DNA of 64,000 nucleotides, taken from Octopus sinensis (lineage: Eukaryota). The position numbers were made by a program, and so were the translations under genes. Below the pieces are notes generated by a model. It saw only the letters and a program-made list of their open reading frames with translations, did no database searches and was not told the DNA's origin. Shown here in pieces: positions 1 through 39,911 of this stretch (positions are counted from its first letter, which is position 1; each line of letters begins with the position of its first letter). The stretch is from contig NC_043026.1 in the NCBI RefSeq assembly GCF_006345805.1, positions 7,626,001-7,690,000 of the forward strand, given 5' to 3'.

Positions 1-28507
<28,507 letters not shown>

Positions 28508-28552
28508 GTCTTTTGATACTGATGATTTGTTCACAGCACCAGGAGTCAGGAG

Positions 28553-28588
28553 AGACTGAAGACTGGCTGTGGGCAGCCGCAATTTATA
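28553..28588 (-). promoter_or_regulatory. Core promoter of the LLTP gene: TATAAA plus initiator TCAGT
   Basis: Minus-strand TATAAA at 28588-28583. TCAGTC Inr has its A at 28557, 31 nt from the first T of the TATA box and 50 nt before the ATG. Confidence 0.75.
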
Positions 28589-28608
28589 GAAACCATTTCA
28601 CAATTGAA

Positions 28609-28622
28609 GGGTCCCAAGTCCA
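28609..28622. promoter_or_regulatory. HNF4-like DR1 element GGGTCCCAAGTCCA at about -52 to -65
   Basis: One mismatch to the HNF4-type motif GGGTCCAAAGTCCA; lies 21 bp upstream of the TATA box. Confidence 0.45.
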
Positions 28623-28799
28623 CCGGCGGCGGCGGCGGCAGAAGCAACACATCACCTCTGATCCTCTGTCGTCATCACAAGCTTCCTACTCCTCCTCTTC
28701 GTCCTCCTCCTCGTCCTCCTCTTCCTTCTCCTCCTATATCTCCTTCTCCAAAAAGGACACACGCGCGCACACACACACACATACACACACACAGTTGTA

Positions 28800-28836
<37 letters not shown>

Positions 28837-29124
28837 ACACACAGTTGTACAAACACACACACACACACAACTCAATTCTTGAAAATCACGCTTATTGCAT
28901 TTGTTCTGTGTCCTCAAGTTTTTCGTCCCTCAACCTCCCCCCCTGCTATCCTCCACCGCCACCACCGCCACCACCGCCACCACCTTCCTTGATATCATTC
29001 CAAAAGGCCATTACTCCTCCATCTCCTCCTCCCCTCCATCCACATACTACTACTACTACTACAACAGATAATGTGACAATATTAAAAAACACCAACAGAA
29101 ACAATGACAGCAGCTTTAATAATA

Positions 29125-29153
29125 ATAATAATAATTAATTAATAATTAATAAC

Positions 29154-29188
<35 letters not shown>

Positions 29189-29645
29189 GTAATTAATAAC
29201 TAATATTAATAATAATAATAATAATAATAGTAATAATAAATTATAATAATAACGATGACGACGATGATGATGATGATGACAATGATGATAATGATGACAA
29301 TGATGATGATGATGACGATGATGATGATGATGTTGATGACGATGTTGATGATGATGATGATGATGATGGTGATGACGACGATGGTGATGATGACGACGAT
29401 GATGATGATGACGACGATGGTGATGATGATGATGATTATAGTGATGATGATGACGATGATGATGATGACGATGATGATGATGATGATGATGATGACGATG
29501 ATGGTGATGGTGATGATGATGATGATTATAGTGATGATGATGACGATGATGACGATGATGATGATGACGATGATGATGATGACGATGATGATGATGACGA
29601 TGATGACGATGATGATGATGATTATAGTGATGAGAGTGATGATAA
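29125..29645. repeat. (TAA)n and (GAT/GAC)n low-complexity tracts; one example of many TA, CA, GATA, TATG and CAT microsatellites in the window
   Basis: Direct reading. Confidence 0.95.
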
Positions 29646-30458
29646 GAATGAGGTTTAGGCTGGCCGTGTTCTACTCTTCGACCTGAATGATTGCGGTTAT
29701 TGTTGAATCGAACGAAATTAGGAGAAAAAAGAAAGAAAGAAAGAAAGAAGGAAAGAAAGAAGGAACAAAATGGAACAAAATTAGCACTGATAACCCAGAT
29801 TACAATTAATGAATCAATTGATATCTATAATCTATAATCTCCTCACACACACACACACACACACGTGTGTATTTGTCATTTATTTATCTCTAGTTCTTAT
29901 GTAATACCAGCAAGCACCACCACTACACAATGGGGGGGAGGGGGCGTGTGGGGGGAGGGGGTATTTATTTCTGGTCCATCCCATGTGTCATCATCATCAT
30001 CGTCATTGCCGTTCGTTGTCATTGTTGTTGTTCCAATTTTAATCAGGTTTTAAAAAAATGAATGACTTCAGCTGTGAAATTAATTTGAAAAAAGATCGGC
30101 AAAAAAAAAAAATATTTTTCTAAAAAGTTTATTGAACTTTCCGTGTTTAACTTTGATCTTGTTATTTCTCTTGTTGTTGTTGTTGTTCTTCTTCTTCTTG
30201 CTGTTGTTGTTGTCTGTGATGTGTGTGTGTGTGTGTAATAAAGACTTAGTGCAAGCATGTATACAAATAGTGTGTAGATGTATATAAAGACTGTATTCAG
30301 ACAGTGTGTAGATATATATAACCAGTGTGTAGATTTGTATATATTGTGTGTAGATGTAGATAGACTGTGTACAGATGTGTATATGTATATACAGATGTAT
30401 ATATGTATACATATACATATATATATATATACACACATACATATATATATATATATAC

Positions 30459-30509
<51 letters not shown>

Positions 30510-30518
30510 TATATATAC

Positions 30519-30565
<47 letters not shown>

Positions 30566-30577
30566 ATATATATATAT

Positions 30578-30657
<80 letters not shown>

Positions 30658-30761
30658 TATATATAATAATAATAAATATTAGGGAATAAATCCAAACTTA
30701 CAGGGAAAAATCAGATTTAGGATTGAATCCAATTTTATAGTAAAATATTATATTATATTAA

Positions 30762-31009
30762 ATTAAATTAGAGATAAAACCACTATTAGGCAAATCATAC
30801 AATGAAAAACTTAAGCCAATACATAAGATTAATTAATTTATATTATTTAAATATATAACAAAATTATTAAAAAAATATAATTAATATTAATTATATTTTT
30901 TTAATAATTTTGTTATATATTTAAATAATATAAATTAATTAATCTTATGTATTGGCTTAAGTTTTTCATTGTATGATTTGCCTAATAGTGGTTTTATCTC
31001 TAATTTAAT
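30762..31009. repeat. Perfect 248-bp AT-rich palindrome (124-bp arms, no spacer)
   Basis: Checked block by block; centre between 30885 and 30886. Confidence 0.95.
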
Positions 31010-31010
31010 A

Positions 31011-31041
<31 letters not shown>

Positions 31042-31094
31042 TATGTGACAGTTAGTCAGTTGCCCTAATAAAGCTCAGAGTTTCAGAGTTTCGG

Positions 31095-31165
31095 GTCATA
31101 ATAACTGACGAGATGCCGGAGCAGACTTCCACCCCAACATCTGAAACTCTCAGTTTTATTATGGC
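31095..31165 (+). ncRNA. Type I hammerhead ribozyme-like motif
   Basis: Stem I GTCATAATAA/TTATTATGGC, core CTGACGA (31105-31111), stem II GATG/CATC, GAAA (31143-31146), stem III A-U/C-G/U-A, cleavage triplet GUU. One extra U lies before GAAA. Confidence 0.6.
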
Positions 31166-31478
31166 AACCGAATAATTGTCACATATTATATTACAGATAG
31201 CTTCTTCTATTTACATAATATCGAGATCTCATTCATTCTTTTGTTGTCAAATTATTATTATTGATATATATATATATATATATGTATATATATGAATGTG
31301 CATGTGTATGTATATATATAGATATATATGTATGTATATATATATATATGTGTATGTATATATATATATGAATGTATATGTGTATGTATATTATATATAG
31401 ATATATATATGTATGTATGTATATATGTATATATATATATATCTGTGTGTGTGTATTTTATATATATATGTATGTATG

Positions 31479-31553
<75 letters not shown>

Positions 31554-31645
31554 TATATATATATATATGTATTATATGTAAGTATATATATATGAATATG
31601 TATTTGTGTGTATTTTATATATAGATATATATATGTATGTTTGTA

Positions 31646-31710
<65 letters not shown>

Positions 31711-31714
31711 TATG

Positions 31715-31809
<95 letters not shown>

Positions 31810-32722
31810 ATTTATATACATGTATAGTGTATAGGTGTATATATCAGTGTAATCATGTATGTATATAGAGAGTAAACATGTATATGGACACAATGTCATC
31901 ACCGCCACCACCATCATCATCCTCATCCTCATCCTCATCCTCATCGTCATCACCATTATCATCATTTAACATCCATGTTCTATACTGGCAGGGGTTGGAC
32001 AGTTTGATAGTATCCGATGTGTCCAAGAGCTTCTTGCTGGCTGGATGCCCTTCCTAACATCAACCACCTTACCGGGTGTAGTGGGTGCTTTTGAGGGGCA
32101 CCAGTACCAGTGAGAAGTGGGGGATGGAGGCAGCTCCATGTCAGGGGACAAGGGATTAAGTTTTGAGAAGGGGCTAGCAGATTGTTGTGAGGGTCTGCAT
32201 GGCTTGTTGGGTCTTTTCGGAAGGGGAGAGAAAGAGAAAAAGTGCCTAGGTGACCCCTCAAGGCACAAGGGAGTTGAAGAATTGGTTTAGAATATTACAA
32301 GTTAAGGAGAATAAGGGGATAGGGGGATAGCAGTGGGAGGCAGAATGGATTGGGCTGAAGGGTGGATGGTCACGGAACCACAAGTGTGGGGAGACTGTGG
32401 TGGGGAGTTGAGGGAGCAGGAAAGATAATAAAATTGTGAAGGTTTGATGTCAAGAGAGAGGAATGACAGGGTTAGTATTCTGCAGGGGCCAGGGGTCAGA
32501 CAGAAGAGGCAGGCCTAATGCATGAAAGTGGGGTGGGGCTGTGAATGAGCCAGTACAGTCATTTTTGCTGATGTGGGGCTGAGCACCTCATGTCCCCAGA
32601 GGTTCTGCTACTCTGTCATCTCTGATCAGGGTCCAGGGCCCGAGGTCAGCCTTGACCCCTTCATCCTTCATAACCCTCTATAATAACACAGTGTCTAGCT
32701 GTAAAAAGATTATGTACAGAGT

Positions 32723-32945
32723 TACGATGGGATGCTAAAAAGTTGCTGGCTTTAAGGGTATCAAGAAAGACCTGGTTGGAGGCTCAAACTTCCAAGTTCT
32801 TATACAGGGCTTAGAAAAACTGAAGGACCCCTGCAATAAGTGTATGGATCTGAGAAGGGAATATGTTACATAAAATCATGATCAACTGATCCTCCTCTGT
32901 TTTCTTTTACCCAAAGCCAAGAACTTTTCAGCATCCTACTTCATA
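32723..32945 (+). mobile_element. Mariner-derived MITE
   Basis: TIR-like TACGATGGGATGCTAAAAAGTT and AACTTTTCAGCATCC ends; internal GLEKLKDPCNKCMDLRREYVT* resembles a mariner C-terminus. Confidence 0.65.
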
Positions 32946-33026
32946 TCTCTATCTATCTATCTATCTGTCTGTCTGTCTATCTATCTGTATATATATATAT
33001 ATATATAATATATATATATATATATG

Positions 33027-33060
<34 letters not shown>

Positions 33061-33064
<4 letters not shown>

Positions 33065-33359
33065 CGTGACTGACCAGACTATCAGATGTTGCTATACATC
33101 GCTGGTCACAATGCGCTTCGCATTGTTTTAGCCTTCAAATGAGGCCACCCCGCTGGCTAAGCGAGCAGGCCAACAGAAGAAAGAGTGAGAGAAAGAGTGG
33201 TGAAAGAGTACAGCAGGGATCACCACCCCCTGCCGGAGCCTCGTGGAGCTTTAGGTGTTTTCGCTCAATAAACACTCACAACGCCCGGTCTGGGAATCGA
33301 AACCGCGATCCTACAACCGCGAGTCCGCTACTCTAACCATTGGGCCATTGCGCCTCCAC
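33061..33359 (-). mobile_element. SINE family C head with a different 3' tail
   Basis: First ~170 nt match the 38511 copy; the remainder is unrelated. Confidence 0.78.
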
Positions 33360-33385
33360 ACACACACACACACCACACACACACG

Positions 33386-33457
<72 letters not shown>

Positions 33458-33676
33458 ATATGATATTATAAGAATAAATTACTATCATGATATATTAAAT
33501 ACGTTTTAATATCGGTGGCTAAAGCAATTAAAAACCAAAAAAGTAGAATATATAAATAAGGGTGCAAAATAGCATCTGCAATTGCTAGAAATAGAAGCTA
33601 AGAAAAAAATATTATTTAGCTCTTATTTCTAGCAATTGTAGGTGCTGTTTTGCACCTTTATTTATTTATGTGTATG

Positions 33677-33720
<44 letters not shown>

Positions 33721-33834
33721 CATACATATAAAGTTAATCCAAACATGAAAACACAAAGAGAAAACACAACAACGCGAGGACGTGGAACAAGTATAGTGTT
33801 ATTGGACGCTCAGGAAAAGAAAGAAAGAAGGAGG

Positions 33835-33870
33835 AGTTAACGTTTCGAGCGGAGCTCTTCGTCAGAAACT
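33835..33870 (-). ncRNA. Minimal Penelope-type hammerhead motif within a dispersed repeat (about 33,735-33,945)
   Basis: Minus strand AGTTT-CTGACGA-A-GAGC-TCC-GCTC-GAAA-CGT-T-AACT; the palindromic ACGT replaces stem III. Confidence 0.5.
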
Positions 33871-34064
33871 TAGGAAAAGGAAAGATCCAAGGAGGGGAAG
33901 ACGGAGGAAAAAATCGCCAACGATACACACGCGGTCACATTTTGAATGTGTATATATATATATATTTATGTGTATATGTATATCATCATCGTTTAACTTT
34001 CATGTTTCCATGCTGGCATGGGTTCGACGGTCTGACCGGGGACTAAGCCAGAAGGCTGCACCAT

Positions 34065-35335
34065 GGATGATCCTAAACTATGTGCAAAAGGTGAAAACGA
34101 TATGAATATAGTGATCCAAACAGTGAGAGTATTTAGTTAAGGCATCGGAATGCAGTTTGGATGAATAAGAGCGCTACCCCAAGACAACATCGTTAGATCC
34201 CTTTTTAATGATGACGGGGGAACGTACCTAGGAGTGCTTCAAGGTGATACGGTAATAGGGGTGAAATGAGGGAGAAAATCGCCGAAGATTAGAAAAGGGG
34301 AATTAGGAAGGGGCTCAGAAAAAAATTAAATGGATGGAATATTATCAAAAGCAGCGAAACATGGACTGTTCCAGTATAAAGACATTCTGTTCCCTTTAAT
34401 AAATGGACAAAGACAGGGATATATGTCTTAGAAGAACTAGAAAGCTGCTTACAATGCGCTGCCGATAGAGCAATACCAATGGACTGTATCTAACAAGAAA
34501 GAAAAGAAAGAATGAGAGGATTACAGAATATAGAATATGCCGTTACTATTATGATATTGGAGTTGAAGGATTATGTTGTATGTTGTGAAGAAGATGGTTA
34601 AAAGTTACTGAAAAGAGAAGAAGGAAGAACGACAGAACAAGCAGATAGAAAGAAGTGGAATTACATGGCCAATTCATGCAACAAATCGAAAGTGTCGGAA
34701 GTAGAGAATATTGGTTGAAGCTGACGGACGGCAACTTGAAATGAGAAACTGAAATGCTTATTATAGCTGTTCGGGACCAATCCATTAAGATGACTTTGAT
34801 AAAGGCAAATATTTATAAAACCAAATCAGCAAGCAAACTCAGAATATGTGGAAACGGAGCCGAAAGTATTAACCATCTCCTTAGTGAGTGCAATAAGCTA
34901 GCACAAAACGAGTATAAACGCAGACGCGGCTGCATTGGGATGTTAACCAAGTTTGCGCCCTCAAGGTGATAGAAAAGTAGTATGGACACAAGTTAGAGAT
35001 TGTGATAAAGAATAAGAATGACAGGGTTTTATGGGACTTCCTTATAACGACTAACAACTCTACTTTTTTACTGAAGCAAGAAGATCGGACATGATTGTAG
35101 AGGGCAAAACAAACAGCATAGGATCAGGAAGATTGCAATTCTTTATTAAAAAATCGATTACCAAAGAAATTGGAATTATTCTTGCGGTAATCGATGCTTT
35201 TGGCACAACAGCCAACATATTATCTAAAAGCCCGGCAGATATTGGAACTGAGACTTGCTTGTCGACCTTGAGTAAAGTGCAATCCTATATTCTGCAACAA
35301 TCATAAGAAAAATTCTTGTGATTTGAGGAGACTCG
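34065..35335 (+). mobile_element. Degenerate RLE-type non-LTR retrotransposon (R4/Dong-like), RT end to endonuclease
   Basis: Disrupted frames with MDD.KL.A, FSxxIGMQFG, ETEMLIIA..DQ and RICGNGAESINHLLSECNKLAQNEYKRR (decayed CCHC region), followed by WDF and RLE remnants. Confidence 0.8.
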
Positions 35336-35392
35336 TTGCGCCAAATCTCAAAATAGAAATTCTCGCTCATCAAAGAAGTATATAACTGCTTT

Positions 35393-35440
<48 letters not shown>

Positions 35441-35649
35441 ATAATAATAATAATAATAACAACAACAACAACAACAACAAGGTCATGCGCTGCTTGTCCT
35501 GATATGAGATCACCATGTGGCGCACATGTGGTTGTAATGCATGTGCCTGGTTGCCCCTTATTAGACGGTTAGTCACGATGGTTTTATTGGGTTTCCTACT
35601 TATTGTACCCTACTGTCACTTTGATGGCACGCGCTGCTCTCTCACTCAA

Positions 35650-35699
<50 letters not shown>

Positions 35700-35749
35700 A
35701 TAATAATAATAATACTTATTATAATAATAATACTAATAATAATAATAAT

Positions 35750-36075
35750 GTATCTCTAAAAGAAACGGAGAAACTTTCAAAATACAAAGAGCTGGAAATA
35801 GAGGTAACCCGAATGTGGAGTCTAAAAACAGAAACAATTCCTATCATAGTAGGTGCATTAGGCATAATAAAAAAATATTCAGACAAACACATAACAAAAA
35901 CACCAGGACTTACAAACACATATAACATACAGAAAATTGCACTACTAGGCACTGCACACATCCTACGCAAAACACTTTCAATACAATAACCATCAGAGCA
36001 TCACAACAAACTACAGCACATACCCAAGGCACACAGAGATGAACTTGCTAGTGCAGTGAAAGCATATGATAAAAG
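35750..36075 (+). mobile_element. 5'-truncated RLE LINE 3' end embedded in (TAA)n
   Basis: KETEKLSKYKEL...IPIIVGALG...IQKIALLGTAHILRKTL*; TAA repeats on both sides. Confidence 0.85.
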
Positions 36076-36096
36076 TAAGAATACTGAATAATAATA

Positions 36097-36133
<37 letters not shown>

Positions 36134-36589
36134 GGGAGGAGGAGGAGTACGACGACGACGACGACAATAATAATAATAATAATAATAATAATAATTGGCT
36201 TCCGTGCCGGTGGCACGTAAAAAGCACCATCCGATCGTGGCCGTTGCCAGCCTCGTCTGGCGCCTGTGCCGGTGGCACGTAAAAAGCACCTACTACACTC
36301 ATGGAGTGGTTGGCGTTAGGAAGGGCATCCAGCCGTAGAAACACTGTCAGATCAGACTGGGCCTGGTGCAGCCTTCTGGCTTCCCAGACCCCAGTTGTAC
36401 CGTCCAACCCATGCCAGCATGGAAAGTGGACGTTAAACGATGATGATGATGATGATGATGAATAATGAAAGGAAACGGATGGAGCCTCCTCCCTCTCCTC
36501 ATGAGCTGATTAATGATACATCTAGTGATGGTGTCACAATACAAACACTGGTAATAATTGCGCAACCTGATAATCGCTACCTCATATGA

Positions 36590-37620
36590 GTGACAATGAA
36601 GAAACAAAATATTGTGAATAACGGTGGTAACGAAACTGAAGCCAATGATTGTGACAGTGTTACACCCGGCAGGCTCAAAGATTCTGGTCCGGCTCCAATC
36701 TGTCGATATCCAGAAAGGGACCACCACACACGGGGCAGATGGAGCAGGCAAATTAATGCTGTGGTCATGGAGTGTTACTATATGAGCAGCCTGTAGATGA
36801 AAATGGTGCTCAAATTAGGAGTTACCGACAACGTATGTATGATCATTGGAGAATTCTTACAGAATTCGTCAGAGCAAGTAAAATGAAGAGCTCTGAGATG
36901 TGTAATGAAAAGGATTTGGCCACGAATTGGAGGGTCAACCTTTGAATGAGCAAGTGTCTCCGCTGTGCTCCATCTTCAACAGATTGGATGAAACCATTGC
37001 TCATATCACGAACGAATGCCCTAGACTGGCTCAAAACCATTACAAGTTGAGGCGACACAATCAGGTAATGAAAGTACTACATTAGAAAAAGTGGAGGATA
37101 GCGAGACGTAAGACGGGGTATGAACACAAACCGCAGAGAGTGGCGAAGTTGGAGACTAGCAAAATCCTCTGGGATTTCCCAATCCAAACAGATCAGGTGC
37201 TGGAGCACAACAAACTGGACCTTGTGGGGGTGGACAAGGTGCACCACATGTGCTATATAGCTGATGTTGCATTCTTCTTTGACCCACGAATAGTCAAGAA
37301 GGAAGGCGAAAAGAAAAATAGAAACAACCCTCTTAAGTACGAAATAGCGCGGCTCTGGAAAATGAAGCAGGTGAAGATAATGACAATTATTGTTGGGTCT
37401 TTGGGGACAGTATCAGAAGGGATCACAGGGAATATAAAGGAAATTGGAATAGAATGCCCAGTAGAACTGTTACAAAAGGTTTGCCTCCTTGGCACATGGC
37501 CAGAATAATCGGGAAAGCATTAGAAAGCTGAAAAGAACGGATAGCATGGTACCGTAGGCTGCAGGTAGTAAACCCACCATGCATGCAAGACTCCAGGGGT
37601 TCCAATAAAACATGTGATAA
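36590..37620 (+). mobile_element. Internally deleted RLE LINE (N-terminal region fused to CCHC/RLE end)
   Basis: RGRWSRQINAVVMECYY...YRQRMYDHW is followed within ~150 nt by ETIAHITNECPRLAQNHYK..HNQV and KILWDFPIQTD...IIVGSLG...LQKVCLLGT. Confidence 0.75.
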
Positions 37621-38510
37621 GGAGAGAATATAAACGATGTTAATTAGTGTCTGGTAGAGCTCCGACAGGAAGTTTGTCTCTTAGAGACAGCAAGGATAAT
37701 CAAGAAGGTTCTAAGCACTTGAAAGACAGCCGAAAACTTGTGGATAAGGCTACAGGTAGCAACCCGCTTTCCTCATAAATTCTACGAGGGCCAAGAACGA
37801 ACCTGAACCAAACCAAAATATTTATAATCTTACCATAACGGGCGTTATGACCGCCTGTCTGTCTGTTCCATCTTCACGGTCAAATGGCTTGACCAATGGT
37901 CAGGATTACGAAAGAGGCAATCAGGCAGGTTTTTAGCGGGAAGAATGTGAAAAAGTATGATTATTTCGTGGATATTGGGGGTGATTGTTCAGTTTACGGG
38001 GGTATAAAAAGTAAATAAAAATTAAGGGGGAGATAACTAATAAAAGAAGCGAAGGGAAGTAAGTCAACTTACTTCACTGAATTACGCCATATGAGGAAAT
38101 TTTAGTTTAGGATAGCTTTATTAAGGAATGATTGTGATGGGTTTGGCTCATCTTTAATTGGTCCTAAACATTAACCTATATTGAGTTTTGTATTAATAAC
38201 TCAGCTTTGATTTTTTTTTTGTTAAAATTTCGGCGACGAGGATTAGCTCTGAATTCCTGCCCCCTCCCCCGTATTGTTCGTGAATTCAGAGGGTTTAGAT
38301 TTGCGATATTATCCCTTTATTTCCCTTCGTAGATGGGGGCAGATTCCTAAAGAGTCCGCTCGCGATTTTCACAGCAAACAAAGCACAGGGCCAGAATTTA
38401 GCTCGTTTAGCTTTCTTTTTACTCACTCCGATGTTTACACACGCCATGTTTACAACGGTGTTATGAGTAGAGCAACGGACTCCAGTAATTTGAAAATTAT
38501 TGTTGACCAG

Positions 38511-38898
38511 GTGGAGGCGCAATGGCCCAGTGGTTAGGGCGGCGGACTCGCGGTCATAGGATTGCGGTTTCGATTCCCAGTCCGGGCGTTGTGAGTGTTT
38601 ATTGAGTCAAAACACCTAAAGCTCCACGACGCTCCGGCAGGTGATGGTGGTGATCCCTGCTGTACTCTTTCACCACAACTTTCTCTCACTCTTACTTCCT
38701 GTTTCTGTTGTACCTGAATTTCAAAGGGCCGGCCTTGTCACTCTCTGTGTCACGCTGAATATCCCCGAGAACTACGTTAAGGGTACACGTGTCTGTGGAG
38801 TGCTCAACCACTTACACGTTAATTTCACGAGCAGGCTGTTCCGTTGATTCGGATCAACCGGAACCCTCGTCGTCGTAACCGACGGAGTGCTTCCATCC
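38511..38898 (+). mobile_element. SINE family C (tRNA-Arg-like head, resembling octopus OR-type SINEs). Related copies at about 52420-52590 (-) and 58175-58462 (-).
   Basis: TGGCCCAGTGGTTAGG A box, GACTCGCGG anticodon-like loop, GGTTTCGATTCCC B box. Confidence 0.8.
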
Positions 38899-39399
38899 AT
38901 TGTTCACCAGACGGAAAATATCGCCCGAAAAGAAGTTTTGCAATCATTGATATTATCGAAAGGAATATAATTCGTAATTTAGATAAGGACATTTGTGAAC
39001 TTTGAATGTATAAAAGAATAAACGAGCGTAAAATAGTGTAAACAACTAAAATAAAAATATATCGAAATAATAATATTTTTTATTTATTCTTTTTATTTTG
39101 TAGTCGAAGGAAGTTCTGGCTTTCGTTAGGAGTGGTCCATTCGGGATGCAGAGGCTGGGGGCCTATTTCTTCAGTTGGGTGGGTGAACCTTCATCACATG
39201 TCACTTAGTCGCAAGCACATGTCATGCAGCTGCAACAGGATGCTGCATCACCAACAACAACAATGTGATTTCTCTGAGACATCACCCAGTAATCTCTCAG
39301 GGTCCATTTCTCCCATTTTATGCCTCCATCGTAGAGGGGTAGATTTGTTAGTAATGATAATGATGATGGTGATGATGGTTGTGATGGTGGTGGTGGTGA

Positions 39400-39433
<34 letters not shown>

Positions 39434-39471
39434 GATGATGGTGGTGGTGGTGATGATGATGGTGGTGGGGG

Positions 39472-39505
<34 letters not shown>

Positions 39506-39524
39506 GGTGGTGGTGATGATTATG

Positions 39525-39555
39525 TTAATGATGGTGATGATGATGATGGTGATGG

Positions 39556-39599
<44 letters not shown>

Positions 39600-39811
39600 G
39601 TGATCATGATCGTGATGGACTCTCCCGCTGAAGACGACGTAAGAGATCTCAGTCTTTTCCCAAACGACTTGCACAAATGGTTTGTTTCCAGCGATCGAAC
39701 GGGTGTGCTGTAGATTAAGCTCATCCCTCCACCAAATCGATGCTGTCTGAACAGGTACCGGGAGTACCAAGTACCGGGTGTCCAAAAGTGATCTCACAGG
39801 GCAACACGAGA
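39525..39811 (-). CDS. Candidate downstream exon of the same gene (SCCPVRSLLDTRYLVLPVP...WWRDELNL...RVHHDHDH(n)); acceptor hidden in the gap
   Basis: Protein-like unique sequence next to the N-gap, ending in a (CAT)n-encoded His run and TAA. An AATAAA cluster lies near 39,050-39,100 on the minus strand. The frame is uncertain. Confidence 0.33.
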
Positions 39812-39911
39812 NNNNNNNNNNNNNNNNNNNNNNNNNNNNNNNNNNNNNNNNNNNNNNNNNNNNNNNNNNNNNNNNNNNNNNNNNNNNNNNNNNNNNNNNN
39901 NNNNNNNNNNN
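39812..39911. other. Assembly gap (100 N; true length unknown)
   Basis: Run of N. Confidence 0.99.

Noticed and set aside
29255-29686. Poly-Met ORF, and the many IY/YI, MYVC, LSIY, HT and ER-repeat ORFs elsewhere
   Set aside because: Stop-free frames of simple repeats, with no splice or domain support.
38511-38590. tRNA-Arg gene (also the heads at 3607, 33359 and 45593)
   Set aside because: No complete cloverleaf or acceptor stem; each continues into a multi-copy SINE body.
39248-39724. 158-aa ORF running through the CAT/CAC tract as Ile/Thr
   Set aside because: An alternative frame of the same region dominated by microsatellite; it cannot be preferred without cDNA.
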